DNA of 64,000 nt. Origin: Escherichia phage phi92. The stretch lies in the sequence record NC_023693.1, one strand, 5' to 3'. Under the pieces are notes generated by a model that was given only the letters and a program-made list of their open reading frames with translations, did not search any database and was not told the DNA's origin. Shown here piece after piece: positions 39,407-49,143 of this stretch. Numbering within the stretch: the first letter of the stretch is position 1; every line of letters begins with the position of its first letter. The position numbers and the translations under genes are program-made.

Positions 39407-40291
39407 TTATTTTTGAATAGTTGACTTAATAAGGTCTTGCATAATACCCCGGATTTCATTAAAGCACAGAAGGACAGATGCTTCAAAAGATCCTTCTTCA
39501 TCGTTAAAGTATTTAGGGAATTTAATACCACTCAACTTAAATTCTTTATCAACAATAAAGTTAACGAAACCGTCATATTCCAGGCCAATGGCAACAACGT
39601 GTTTACCATCTTCCATAAGTTCTACTGCACGAGATTCATAAAGGGACTCTTTACTCCATACAACCACACCTTCAGAATCTTCAAGTTTAATATAATTACC
39701 AAGGGTCAGTCGTTCAGCCTCATGTTCTTCTAAGATGGTATCAAAACCTTTAATAATGGCTTCTTCGTGTACACTAAACGGCAGGACTGGGAAAGTACCC
39801 AACACCTCACGAAGAAACACAGCAATATCTTCACTAATTTTCTTAGTACCATTAAGAACGTAGGTAATACTGTTTTCAGTGTCTACAACAACATAGTTAT
39901 AGAAATCATCTGCCTCTGTTTCTGGGAGCAGAGAAAACACGATATCAGCCTCAATTGCTTTTTTACTTTCTTTGTCCAAGAAGAACTCTTTAGTAGGATT
40001 TGCAGCAATAAACTCTTGTTCCATCTCTTGGAGTTTTTCATTAAGAATGCGTTTAACTTTTTTCTTGTTAACTTTCTTAACAGATTGCCCTACTTTAATA
40101 ACCTCTAAACCAGAGAACACTTTTACATAGGAACCATCGTCTTCAAAACGAACAAGACCAATGGTATGTGCTTGTTGACCCTGTGCCACAACAAAATCCA
40201 GCGGTTTATCTGTTACTGTGTTCAGTGCGGAAATAGACAGACCATCACCAGAAATCAGGGTTACGCAAGATTTGAAATTTTTAGCAAACAT
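39407..40291 (-). CDS. hypothetical protein
   Basis: 294 aa. Confidence 0.55.
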   Translation of the reverse strand: MFAKNFKSCVTLISGDGLSISALNTVTDKPLDFVVAQGQQAHTIGLVRFEDDGSYVKVFSGLEVIKVGQSVKKVNKKKVKRILNEKLQEMEQEFIAANPTKEFFLDKESKKAIEADIVFSLLPETEADDFYNYVVVDTENSITYVLNGTKKISEDIAVFLREVLGTFPVLPFSVHEEAIIKGFDTILEEHEAERLTLGNYIKLEDSEGVVVWSKESLYESRAVELMEDGKHVVAIGLEYDGFVNFIVDKEFKLSGIKFPKYFNDEEGSFEASVLLCFNEIRGIMQDLIKSTIQK

Positions 40292-40301
40292 AGTTTTCTC
40301 C

Positions 40302-40580
40302 TCAAATAATAACTACAAAATATTTTACACCATCATATTCGACAATATGATCAGGATATTTAAATCCTTTATAAGATTTACCAAACAGACTAACAGCTTC
40401 ATTAGCTTTGTTTTGCGGATTACTCAGCCACTGTTCTTCTGTGTAAAACTTAAACTCTGTTCTCTTACCTTCTTTTTCTAAACCAACAATTTCCTGTGTG
40501 ATATCTTCAATACCTGCATTCTTCAAGGATTTGATTACCTGACGCAAACCGTGTTTAAAGATATCTTCTGCTGTTAACAT
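40302..40580 (-). CDS. hypothetical protein
   Basis: 92 aa, GGAGG SD. Confidence 0.5.
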   Translation of the reverse strand: MLTAEDIFKHGLRQVIKSLKNAGIEDITQEIVGLEKEGKRTEFKFYTEEQWLSNPQNKANEAVSLFGKSYKGFKYPDHIVEYDGVKYFVVII

Positions 40581-40593
40581 AATACCTCCAATA

Positions 40594-40620
40594 AGCCCCC
40601 GAAGGGGCTTTATTTCTTAA
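40594..40620 (+). terminator. hairpin with plus-strand T-tract (antisense to surrounding genes)
   Basis: AAGCCCCCGAAGGGGCTT then TATTTCTT on plus strand; no T-tract on minus strand. Confidence 0.3.
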
Positions 40621-41339
40621 GCAATGATTGCTGCGATATTAGGTTTAACAAAGGTAGATGGTTTCATAATTTTACCTTTGTCATCAAAGAATACGTACAC
40701 CTTTTGAACTTCGTTATATACAGCATGTACCCCAGTATAAGAACCTTCTGCACGATCTTTGCTTCGCATCTCGATAGCATCGCACTCTTTTTCAAGAGCT
40801 TCAATAATATCCTTAGTTTCCCAAATAGCCAGGAGTTGCTTCTTGGTAGGATACTTGGACTCATTACTATTCAACACTTCACGCATAACCTTCTTCTCGT
40901 TATAAACAGAACGCACCAAAGTATCTCGTGCCATACGTGTAAGTGTAAGAGACATTAGGGCAAATTGCAAGTCATTTTCTACCATTTTATCAAATTCAAT
41001 GATAACATCGTAGATGTTTTCTGCCAGAACATCTCCTGTCGGCATTTCCAGAGCTTTATCAACACCTTCTTTACCAAAGAACATAAATGCCAGGTAGGAT
41101 GCTACCACAAAAATATCTGCTGCTGCATCAAGTAATTCAACGTGATCATTTTCCTGTGCTGCTGCTTGGAACTCTTTTAGTTCTTCGCGTACAAAAGAAA
41201 GTTGAGCTTCAAACATCTCTTGAGTAAATTCTGGAGTTACTCCACCGCGTGCCTTAGCATTCCAAGCAACAATTTGATCGGCAGCTTTGATAAAGAAGCT
41301 ATTGTCCACTTTTACTTGTTTGAAAAAATTCTCGATCAT
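40617..41339 (-). CDS. MazG-like all-alpha NTP pyrophosphohydrolase (tentative)
   Basis: EMFEAQLSFVREELKEF....ELLDAAADI resembles MazG/HisE helical metal-binding motif. Confidence 0.4.
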   Translation of the reverse strand: MIENFFKQVKVDNSFFIKAADQIVAWNAKARGGVTPEFTQEMFEAQLSFVREELKEFQAAAQENDHVELLDAAADIFVVASYLAFMFFGKEGVDKALEMPTGDVLAENIYDVIIEFDKMVENDLQFALMSLTLTRMARDTLVRSVYNEKKVMREVLNSNESKYPTKKQLLAIWETKDIIEALEKECDAIEMRSKDRAEGSYTGVHAVYNEVQKVYVFFDDKGKIMKPSTFVKPNIAAIIA

Positions 41340-41348
41340 TGTTTCTCC

Positions 41349-41555
41349 TTATTTAAAATATTGTTCTAACAAAACACTAATGCGAACTACCGATTCGCCC
41401 ATATACGCCCCAGCACAGAGGAAAACAACAAATCTACAAAAATTGCAGTACCATTTGTCCACCGGAAACGAGGCTAACATTATAATTGCAATAGCAATTA
41501 ACATCATAAGAACTGTTACTAATACCATATTATCTCTTACTCTGCTGGTTCCCAA
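41349..41555 (-). CDS. small membrane protein
   Basis: 68 aa, hydrophobic. Confidence 0.4.
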   Translation of the reverse strand: MGTSRVRDNMVLVTVLMMLIAIAIIMLASFPVDKWYCNFCRFVVFLCAGAYMGESVVRISVLLEQYFK

Positions 41556-42700
41556 GTACCTGGAATCATCTTACGTAAACGGACACCTGTTGGTTTTGTA
41601 GGTATTCCACCATCGGAAAATTCTTCGTACTCTATTTCAACAAATTGACCAATAAGTGTCAAAGCATTTTCTTCTTTACGATAGTTAATGGTTTCATCTG
41701 AATCCTTACGCATCAGGAATTCGACTACTTTACCATTTTCCATCTCACCTGTCAATACCCCGTCACCATTTTTATCACGTTTTGCACTTACCACTTTAAC
41801 TTCAAGCGTCTGACGTGGTTTACGTTTAATAACATCATAAGAACGTTTATCAAACTCGTAAACACCTTGTGCGTTACGATACACCACACCTTCCGCTTTC
41901 TCACGTAGAGCTTTTGCATAGAAAGCATCAAACTGCTCTTGGTTTTCAATGTACTCTGTATGTACTACACAAATAAGTTCATCTAAACCTTTATCTTCAA
42001 CAACGTCTTTTAGAGCAGCCAAAACTTCAACCCTCTTCTCAAATGGTACAGATGGCACAGGAACATCATATACATAGTATTTAAGAAGCGGAGTGTTAGC
42101 ATTATGCTTTTTCCACGCACTATTAATTTGTTGAAGGCTAAGGACACCCAAACCAGCAAAAACTTCACCGTCAAGAGGATGACCAACTACTTCTTTAATG
42201 AAGGTTGGAATTTCTTTCCAGTGAGGTGGAAGTTTATATACTTCCCCAGCTTTAGATAAACATTCACCTTGCATGTTAATCATTGAACGTAGACCATTCA
42301 ATTTATATTGTGCATAACCTGGGAACAAAACACGATCAGCATAATCTTTATAATCCTGACATTTCATGGGTGTGGAAGGAACATGGTTTTCAGCTTCCTC
42401 TTTTGTTTTATAATACCCATTCTTAAGTTGTTTTGTCCATTTGGCAAGAGCTTCTATTTCAGCTTGTTCTTCTGCTGTTGTTTCATTTGAGCGACCAATA
42501 TTTTTAGGTTCTGCTGTGTAAGATTTGCTAGTAATCTTTCCACCTAATTGACCATGAGCAACAGTTACAACACTACCTTCGGTATAGACTGACCACTGTT
42601 TAATTTTACCTGTAGAAGTTTTACCATACAATGTAGGATTAGTTTGTTTCATCTTTAACCTCCAGTTGCGAAAGAACCCATTTAGCCATTTCAATTTCAC
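41537..42700 (-). CDS. ATP-dependent DNA ligase
   Basis: motif I KLNGLR (KxDG-type), DGEVF, EGVVYR, DVIKRK nucleotidyltransferase motifs; true start may be internal. Confidence 0.7.
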   Translation of the reverse strand: MKLKWLNGFFRNWRLKMKQTNPTLYGKTSTGKIKQWSVYTEGSVVTVAHGQLGGKITSKSYTAEPKNIGRSNETTAEEQAEIEALAKWTKQLKNGYYKTKEEAENHVPSTPMKCQDYKDYADRVLFPGYAQYKLNGLRSMINMQGECLSKAGEVYKLPPHWKEIPTFIKEVVGHPLDGEVFAGLGVLSLQQINSAWKKHNANTPLLKYYVYDVPVPSVPFEKRVEVLAALKDVVEDKGLDELICVVHTEYIENQEQFDAFYAKALREKAEGVVYRNAQGVYEFDKRSYDVIKRKPRQTLEVKVVSAKRDKNGDGVLTGEMENGKVVEFLMRKDSDETINYRKEENALTLIGQFVEIEYEEFSDGGIPTKPTGVRLRKMIPGTWEPAE

Positions 42701-42842
42701 CGTGTAGTCTGCCTAGTTCATAGGCATCATCAATATTACCACCAGTGTAATCATCCACCATAAAGTAAGGATCTTCACTACTGTTAGGCGCGTTTGCAAT
42801 TCTCGTTAGTTCTTCAATAAATGTCATAGTTAACCTTACCAA
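42639..42842 (-). CDS. hypothetical protein
   Basis: 67 aa. Confidence 0.4.
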   Translation of the reverse strand: MVRLTMTFIEELTRIANAPNSSEDPYFMVDDYTGGNIDDAYELGRLHGEIEMAKWVLSQLEVKDETN

Positions 42843-43060
42843 TTATACACAAGAGTTTGAATTTCTTCCATCAAATCTTCAAGATCTGTATCAACATATT
42901 CAGAAGATGTTGCCATAAAGTATGTAATCATTGTGAACCCTTCCGAAGAAAGGGCATCAAGGATATCATTAAACATATCTTCCATTTCAGTATTCTCACC
43001 AAATGAAAATAACATTTGTTGATCTTCGCTTACACCTTTAACATAGATAGCTGTGCTCAT
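42836..43060 (-). CDS. hypothetical acidic protein
   Basis: 74 aa. Confidence 0.45.
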   Translation of the reverse strand: MSTAIYVKGVSEDQQMLFSFGENTEMEDMFNDILDALSSEGFTMITYFMATSSEYVDTDLEDLMEEIQTLVYNW

Positions 43061-43063
43061 ATA

Positions 43064-43384
43064 TTAATCCTTAAGACGTTCATTTAAATCTGCAATAACA
43101 TCACCTAAATCTTCACATTCCAGTGTTAACTCTGAAACTTGTCCACTCAAATAACAAACTTCTTCATTTAGATCTGAAATAATGTTTTCTAATGAATCTA
43201 CTTGGTCATCATATGAACGTTTTGTTTCTTCAAGTTCTTCCGTAAGATCATTAATCAAACGGAGCAAAGATAAGATATAACCGTCTCCTGTCTCGTTCCT
43301 CCACTCACTTCCGTAGCGATAAATAATAATTTCACCATTATCGACTACTGTAAAATACTTACCTTCACCAGAATAAATTTCCAT
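43064..43384 (-). CDS. hypothetical coiled-coil protein
   Basis: 106 aa. Confidence 0.5.
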   Translation of the reverse strand: MEIYSGEGKYFTVVDNGEIIIYRYGSEWRNETGDGYILSLLRLINDLTEELEETKRSYDDQVDSLENIISDLNEEVCYLSGQVSELTLECEDLGDVIADLNERLKD

Positions 43385-43393
43385 AAACTCTCC

Positions 43394-43798
43394 TTATTGT
43401 AGCTTAAGTGAACTGCGAAGACGTTCCTCTTGCTGATCACGAATATGTTGTGGAACCTCATGAATTGAATCGTTACCGTGCCTATTCTCCACAACTAAAG
43501 AAATAACTTGATAACCAAACTCTTCAGCAAGAGTTAAATAGGGTTTAAGTTCTTTTTCTGTAGTAGAGGTATTAGAAACAATAATCTTTTCAACACCATA
43601 CTGCATATATTTTTGTACTTTGACACGACACCATTGGTGTGCTTTATGGATATTCTCTTGTTTCCACTCATACACACCATCTTCAGTGTAGTGGTATTGA
43701 TCTGCCTCACAAATAGGCCAATGATTTTCAGAGATAATTTCTGCTACTGTAGATTTACCTGCACCTGAAACACCACGTAAAATGATAAGTTGTTTCAT
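43394..43798 (-). CDS. P-loop kinase (polynucleotide kinase-like)
   Basis: Walker A GVSGAGKST at N-terminus, 134 aa; resembles kinase domain of T4 Pnk. Confidence 0.6.
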   Translation of the reverse strand: MKQLIILRGVSGAGKSTVAEIISENHWPICEADQYHYTEDGVYEWKQENIHKAHQWCRVKVQKYMQYGVEKIIVSNTSTTEKELKPYLTLAEEFGYQVISLVVENRHGNDSIHEVPQHIRDQQEERLRSSLKLQ

Positions 43799-44731
43799 TT
43801 AGCCTCCAAAGAAGTTTTCTATTTCTTTACGTCGCTCTTGTGGATCTAAAGCAGCCCATTGAGTCTTAGTAAAGTTGTTTCGAAGCCATTCTAGCAAAGT
43901 ATAATATTCTTCGTCAACAATTTGTTTAGCATTGTTTGGGTTGTCCCAAATCATATCCCACTTCTTATTGCCACCACGCATAAGGAATTTTTTAGCAAGA
44001 TAGTATGGTGACTTAATCTTTAACAGTAAGTTAAACGGGTAGTTTGTTTCACGAACAACAAACCCTTCGTGTTTACAATGTTTAGACATTTCAACAACAT
44101 CTGAAAATTTAATCATCGGATAAACTTCAGGACGTTTAAATTTTGTAACAGATGCAATCCCATCAAGAACACCTTCAGGTAACATGAAACTTGTCCCATC
44201 AAGATTTTGAATTCTTGCTCCAATTAAGTATGCGCCTGGTTCTTCTTCGACAATATGTGGGTCAGAAGGATCACAGATTTCAAAAAGAAAAGTTGCTTTT
44301 GCACTTTCTGTCCACTTAATGAAATACTCTATGTCGTCACACTCGGAAACAATACGGTTCTTTGCCATAATTGCGAAATCTGATTCTAGGCTCCCTGTTG
44401 TTGATACAACAAGTTTCCCTTTGTACACACCTACAGATGCCACAAAACCGTTTACTTTACGGACAGCATCTACAATTTCGTCTGCTGGAAGATCTGTACC
44501 ATTTTCAAAACGATTAAAGATTTTAGTAAAAGGCCAAATAACAACATTGTCTTCTGAGTCAACAACCAACCCACGACAATCTAAAAGTCGTTTGTCAACG
44601 TTCCACAAGTTATCCCAGAATACATTGTTTTTGTATTTAAGTACAGCAAGACCAGCATACTCTCCAGATTTAACTTCTTTTTTATGCACTAAACCTTTTG
44701 CAATCAGGTCATCACAATTGAACTTAGCCAC
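43799..44731 (-). CDS. ligase-family nucleotidyltransferase (RNA-ligase-like)
   Basis: motif I VRKVNGF (Kx[ND]G), motif IV EGFVVRE, motif V LLLKIK; second ligase besides the DNA ligase at 41537-42700. Confidence 0.55.
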   Translation of the reverse strand: MAKFNCDDLIAKGLVHKKEVKSGEYAGLAVLKYKNNVFWDNLWNVDKRLLDCRGLVVDSEDNVVIWPFTKIFNRFENGTDLPADEIVDAVRKVNGFVASVGVYKGKLVVSTTGSLESDFAIMAKNRIVSECDDIEYFIKWTESAKATFLFEICDPSDPHIVEEEPGAYLIGARIQNLDGTSFMLPEGVLDGIASVTKFKRPEVYPMIKFSDVVEMSKHCKHEGFVVRETNYPFNLLLKIKSPYYLAKKFLMRGGNKKWDMIWDNPNNAKQIVDEEYYTLLEWLRNNFTKTQWAALDPQERRKEIENFFGG

Positions 44732-44732
44732 C

Positions 44733-45284
44733 TTAATCTCCTTTGATTATCTTATGATGATCTACAACAATAATATCACGCTTATCCATAATAGAGATGA
44801 TTTCGTCAAAATGCAAGATTTTCCCGTGTGCATCCCAACCAACATCCAACATTTTCCCATACAAATGATCAGGGAATGATCCGTGAGAGTGTCCGTGTAG
44901 CATGATTGATCCATGCCCTTGTTTATTCCAGGCAGCCATAGGGTAATGACTTAAGACGAAGAACAGCTTCTGATATTTCACTTCGTCATAATACAAAACT
45001 TCTCCATACTCTGCAAGCACTTTTCTGTGTTTGCTGTAATCATGGTTCCCAACACAGTAAGTAATATCCCCTTGGAGACGGGAAGCAATCTTACGGGTAT
45101 CTTCTTCAGTCCCGAAACAGAAGTCCCCAAGATGGTACATCTTTACTCCTGGTGTTGTGGCACATTTATTCCATGCTTCGATCAGTGCTTCTGTCATATG
45201 CTCCATATCTTCCCACGGACGATATTCAGGAGCAAACTCTCGGATACGTTTGTGCATAAAATGCAAATCACTTGTAATAAACAT
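44733..45284 (-). CDS. metallophosphoesterase (calcineurin-like phosphoesterase)
   Basis: SDLHF, GDF, GNHD, HGHSH motifs. Confidence 0.75.
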   Translation of the reverse strand: MFITSDLHFMHKRIREFAPEYRPWEDMEHMTEALIEAWNKCATTPGVKMYHLGDFCFGTEEDTRKIASRLQGDITYCVGNHDYSKHRKVLAEYGEVLYYDEVKYQKLFFVLSHYPMAAWNKQGHGSIMLHGHSHGSFPDHLYGKMLDVGWDAHGKILHFDEIISIMDKRDIIVVDHHKIIKGD

Positions 45285-45646
45285 TAGTATAATCCCTCGC
45301 TGAATAGTTCACTGTTGTGACCATTTCTTTCGTAGTTAATTTGTTTGGCGTTATCTGCAATGATATAAGCATCTTTGCGACTCCACCAGTTATAATACTG
45401 ATCAATAAACCCTTGATTATCAGGTAAGCAAAACAGTTTATCGATCAATCCTGCATCTTTTAAAACATTAAGTTGTGCAGATAGTACAGGATTTGCATGC
45501 CTAACACAAGGAATAATTAACTCTTCGCCATTGTTAAGAATATACTTATTCGCAGCGCATACTATAACACGTTGAGCATAGTGATCCTCACCAATCCAAG
45601 TAAGAGGTTGGTAACAAATATCATGTTGATTAGTAGCGCACATCAA
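45284..45646 (-). CDS. hypothetical protein
   Basis: 120 aa. Confidence 0.5.
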   Translation of the reverse strand: MMCATNQHDICYQPLTWIGEDHYAQRVIVCAANKYILNNGEELIIPCVRHANPVLSAQLNVLKDAGLIDKLFCLPDNQGFIDQYYNWWSRKDAYIIADNAKQINYERNGHNSELFSEGLY

Positions 45647-45801
45647 TTTTCTCCGTACTCTTTTAATCTATCAGCGAAAAAACTGTAATCAGGAAGTAAA
45701 AGATCATTACTCATATCGTTACAGTTTTCTTCCTCTTTATAGATAAAACGCCCTTCATCCTCTTCTTGCTCTGACCAAACTGAGTAATGCATAATACCTA
45801 C

Positions 45802-46143
45802 TTAATAATTAACACGTTTAATTTCAACACCATAGGATGAAATAAAATTTTCCTTAGCTAACATATATTTACCAGCAGCAGAAGGATTTGATGTATGAAC
45901 ATAGATAGTTTTAAGAGCATCCCATTCACCCGCGTACAACATACATTCTACGTCTAAGAACGCATGATATCCTTCTTGATCTTCTCCAAGATCATTATCG
46001 AAGTGTATCTCTGAGATATTATTGAAATTATCTTCATCTGAAACAAAAGATAACCAATCCTCAAAAGATTTTAACCAAATGGCATCCTCATAACCATAAT
46101 CTTTAGGATCTCTTAAATCGTCTAACCAAAGAATTTTAGCCAC
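45802..46143 (-). CDS. hypothetical protein
   Basis: 113 aa. Confidence 0.5.
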   Translation of the reverse strand: MAKILWLDDLRDPKDYGYEDAIWLKSFEDWLSFVSDEDNFNNISEIHFDNDLGEDQEGYHAFLDVECMLYAGEWDALKTIYVHTSNPSAAGKYMLAKENFISSYGVEIKRVNY

Positions 46144-46337
46144 TATCTACCCCCTTCCTGTTTCTCTTCTTTCCAAGTTTTACCATTATCTACCAACTTC
46201 TTAGAAACAGCAAATCTTTCTCCATTGATATAAAACAAATAAAGAATAAAGGATTTTCCTATAGTTACAGTATCTGCTACTTCTACACGCTTTACACCTT
46301 GCATGTATTTGGCTTTACCTGAATAAATAAGAAACAT
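46143..46337 (-). CDS. hypothetical protein
   Basis: 64 aa. Confidence 0.45.
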   Translation of the reverse strand: MFLIYSGKAKYMQGVKRVEVADTVTIGKSFILYLFYINGERFAVSKKLVDNGKTWKEEKQEGGR

Positions 46338-46615
46338 TACTTATTCCTTTTGTTGTTGATCACATCTAAAGCTGTGTAAGGTTTGTTTGTACCGCTGTAT
46401 TCAAGAATAATTGGTACATATTCATAGACCAACTCAAAAGTACCATACACAGAATCTGCAACTGAAATAAGCATTTCAGTGCCTTCGTCGTTCTTAATTA
46501 ATGAAAATCTTGCCCCTGGTTTATTGAGCACTTCATATTTCTTACCTGCTGTCAGCAAACCTGAATACCATTCATTTTGCACAACAGACAAACACTTCAG
46601 ATAAGTTTTTCTCAT
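46337..46615 (-). CDS. hypothetical protein
   Basis: 92 aa. Confidence 0.5.
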   Translation of the reverse strand: MRKTYLKCLSVVQNEWYSGLLTAGKKYEVLNKPGARFSLIKNDEGTEMLISVADSVYGTFELVYEYVPIILEYSGTNKPYTALDVINNKRNK

Positions 46616-46953
46616 TTCTTTTTGCTCCTTCTTTTAGGCTTCTCGTATAAACCTAACACAGCCGATTCTTTTGCACAAATAGGAACTGACTTCATTCCTC
46701 GTTTTTTAGCTTCTGGTAGATTCAAAACCCACCAGCCAAACCAGTACAATTCATCTTCTGTGAAAGGATCTGCCATAGGATCTGCATCACGTGCTTCAAA
46801 TTTAGCAAGAGCTTCTTCTATCTTTTCTATTGGAGTATCAAAGACAAAAGCCTCTGTGTCAAATTTTTGTTTCTTAGGAGCGGCTTTTGCCGCCCCATCT
46901 TTAGATGCGCGCTTTGTTACGGATCGCTTCTTCGGTGTTTTCGCCATCAACAA
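46612..46953 (-). CDS. hypothetical protein with basic Lys-rich N-terminus
   Basis: 113 aa. Confidence 0.5.
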   Translation of the reverse strand: MLMAKTPKKRSVTKRASKDGAAKAAPKKQKFDTEAFVFDTPIEKIEEALAKFEARDADPMADPFTEDELYWFGWWVLNLPEAKKRGMKSVPICAKESAVLGLYEKPKRRSKKK

Positions 46954-47140
46954 CCTCCATGCGGTGTAAGAAATCTTGCTGGAATCGCCAATACTGTTGA
47001 CCAGTCCTTACATCTTCGTAGATCACAACAGGATCAAATACTTTAGATACACCCGCTGGTTTAGGAAAGCCAACTACACGATATAAACCGCCTTTGCTAA
47101 TACAAGAATATGTTACATCAGTTAAAATTTCTTTTTTCAT
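46901..47140 (-). CDS. hypothetical protein
   Basis: 79 aa. Confidence 0.45.
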   Translation of the reverse strand: MKKEILTDVTYSCISKGGLYRVVGFPKPAGVSKVFDPVVIYEDVRTGQQYWRFQQDFLHRMEVVDGENTEEAIRNKARI

Positions 47141-47334
47141 TTCTTAATAAACTCCAATACAGGTACGTGATCAGCAGTTAAAGTTACACAATTGTAACTT
47201 ACCTTTTCAACTTCAGAGAATGCTTCAACCCAAAGCAAGAAATTCTCTTTAGCTTCTTCATAATTCAATGTTGACTTAACAACATGGAACTCACCAAGAA
47301 TTACTCTATAGATTGTTTGCATAGTTTGATTCAT
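47137..47334 (-). CDS. hypothetical protein
   Basis: 65 aa. Confidence 0.45.
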   Translation of the reverse strand: MNQTMQTIYRVILGEFHVVKSTLNYEEAKENFLLWVEAFSEVEKVSYNCVTLTADHVPVLEFIKK

Positions 47335-47400
47335 TTATTTTTCCTTTGTTTAAAATGTGTTAAACAATCGCAAATGCTTGTGACGCACTTTGTGATTCCA

Positions 47401-47769
47401 CTAATTAATGTCAGCACTATGATTGTTGAAAGTATAGGATACTCCATCGCCCAAGTCAACATGAATCTCAACTCCTAACTGTCTTTCTAATGGTAAACGT
47501 TTTGAGAATTGATAATTACAAAGTTTACAGTCTAAGTCAAGCAATTCATGTTTGCTTAAACCTGCAACGATAACTTTGCTTCCCGCTGTCCACTCAATAC
47601 CTTCAAAGTTATCTCTTCTTTTCAAAATGTCAAGTAAGAAGATGATTTGTTGCCATTCCGTAGACAAGTCTTCTTCATAGAACGCAGAACAAAAAGTTTT
47701 ATCATCGTAGAAAGCATACATTATGCCTCCATCTATTGTTTCACTTCTAACGTAACGTGTGACCCTCAT
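47401..47769 (-). CDS. hypothetical protein (first gene of minus-strand block)
   Basis: 122 aa, GGAGGA SD. Confidence 0.5.
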   Translation of the reverse strand: MRVTRYVRSETIDGGIMYAFYDDKTFCSAFYEEDLSTEWQQIIFLLDILKRRDNFEGIEWTAGSKVIVAGLSKHELLDLDCKLCNYQFSKRLPLERQLGVEIHVDLGDGVSYTFNNHSADIN

Positions 47770-47900
47770 TATTTCCTCCTGTACGGCTCTGTAACGAGCT
47801 AATAGCCTCTAAGATATGCAATCACCTTACCTCACAGTAAAACTCGTTACAATCGTTTTTAGGAGGTTTAGGTTGTACTTAAAAATAATCTAAAAAGGTG

Positions 47901-47929
47901 TTGACAAACGCAAAAAAGTATGCTACCCT
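47901..47929 (+). promoter_or_regulatory. sigma70-like promoter (TTGACA-N17-TACCCT)
   Basis: TTGACA 47901-47906; weak -10. Confidence 0.3.
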
Positions 47930-48110
47930 AACCCCCGAAAAACGCCGAGCGCAGCGAGGGGGTGTTATCTAATCTTGTGATACATGATCTAACAGACAAC
48001 TGAGTAGTCTACATATAGCACTATGTTATGTCTATAATACTAACATACATACTCTATACTAACAATAGATTCTTTATTAATTTTATTATTAATTAAATAA
48101 TAAATATCTA

Positions 48111-48139
48111 TTGACTTTAGATCTATCTGTATGTAGAGT
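48111..48139 (+). promoter_or_regulatory. sigma70-like promoter (TTGACT-N17-TAGAGT)
   Basis: in AT-rich divergent region, about 40 nt upstream of the 48179 start. Confidence 0.45.
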
Positions 48140-48178
48140 AGAGAACATAAAGTCCTAACTCAACTAAGGAGATAAACA

Positions 48179-49072
48179 ATGAAAGTTAGTATTCTACATG
48201 GTGTTGGCTGTTATGTTACTGATGTAGACGTTAAAGTCTTTACATTCTCTGGTGGAGAACAACATGTTCAACTAGACACGAATCTATCAGGTTTCAATCA
48301 TGCTACAGACAGAATCTTACTCTCTTTAGAAGTAAGATCTGCTAAAGACTTGATGACTTTGGTTATGACTAAGAATGCATTGGACAATATGCTATATCAT
48401 AAACCATATTGTGTTGATTTGCTCATGTTGTATGTGCCATATGCACGACAAGACAGAGTGTGTGAACCTGGGGAAGCATTCGGAGTTAAAGCATTTGCTT
48501 CTATAATTAATTCATTAAATTTCTCACGTGTTATCGTTGCTGATCCACATAGTGATGTTACTCCAGCGGTGTTTGACAGACTCTGTGTAATACCTCAAGA
48601 AGAAATTGCTTACGAAACTTTAAAGTGGAAGTTACGTATGGAGAATTTTGCTCTTGTTAGTCCTGATGGTGGTGCTCTTAAGAAAATATTTAAATTATCT
48701 AAGAAAATGTCTTTAGATGTGTTCTGTGCAGAGAAGGTTAGAGATACTGCAACAGGTGCTATTGTTCGTACAGACATTTCTGTACAGGATTTCAATAAGC
48801 GTAACCTGATGATCGTAGATGATATCTGTGACGGCGGTAGAACTTTTATTGAATTGGCTAAAGTGCTACGTGCTCGTAACGCAGGTAAGATTGAGTTATA
48901 TGTTACACACGGTATCTTTTCTAAAGGTCTTAAAGAGTTAAGTGAGCACTTTGACTGCATTCATTCTCTTAATGTGTGGGAAGATAACATCCAAGAAGAT
49001 TCCGGTGTTCTTGTTAAGAATCAGTCAGATTTGCAACAACAAATTGTATCTCCATACGTGTGGAATTTTTAA
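48179..49072 (+). CDS. ribose-phosphate pyrophosphokinase (PRPP synthetase) family protein; candidate ADP-ribose pyrophosphate synthetase (Adps-like)
   Basis: VSPDGGALKK and PRPP-binding-type IVDDICDGGRT motifs; AAGGAG SD. Confidence 0.8.
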   Translation: MKVSILHGVGCYVTDVDVKVFTFSGGEQHVQLDTNLSGFNHATDRILLSLEVRSAKDLMTLVMTKNALDNMLYHKPYCVDLLMLYVPYARQDRVCEPGEAFGVKAFASIINSLNFSRVIVADPHSDVTPAVFDRLCVIPQEEIAYETLKWKLRMENFALVSPDGGALKKIFKLSKKMSLDVFCAEKVRDTATGAIVRTDISVQDFNKRNLMIVDDICDGGRTFIELAKVLRARNAGKIELYVTHGIFSKGLKELSEHFDCIHSLNVWEDNIQEDSGVLVKNQSDLQQQIVSPYVWNF

Positions 49073-49081
49073 ATAATAAGT

Positions 49082-49110
49082 GTTGACAATAGGGAGTATG
49101 CTTAGTAAGA
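49082..49110 (+). promoter_or_regulatory. sigma70-like promoter (TTGACA-N17-TAAGAT)
   Basis: between the PRPP-synthetase-like and NAMPT-like genes. Confidence 0.45.
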
Positions 49111-49143
49111 TACTCCCACACTAACAAACAAGGAGACATAACT

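Noticed and set aside
40594-40620. Hairpin as a terminator for the minus-strand genes on either side
   Set aside because: The T-tract is on the plus strand only, so it cannot act as an intrinsic terminator for the flanking minus-strand transcripts; kept only as a low-confidence plus-oriented hairpin.
44319-44879. Plus-strand 186 aa ORF antisense to the ligase-like and phosphoesterase genes
   Set aside because: Low-complexity Ser/Thr-rich translation, no SD, overlaps two motif-supported minus-strand genes.
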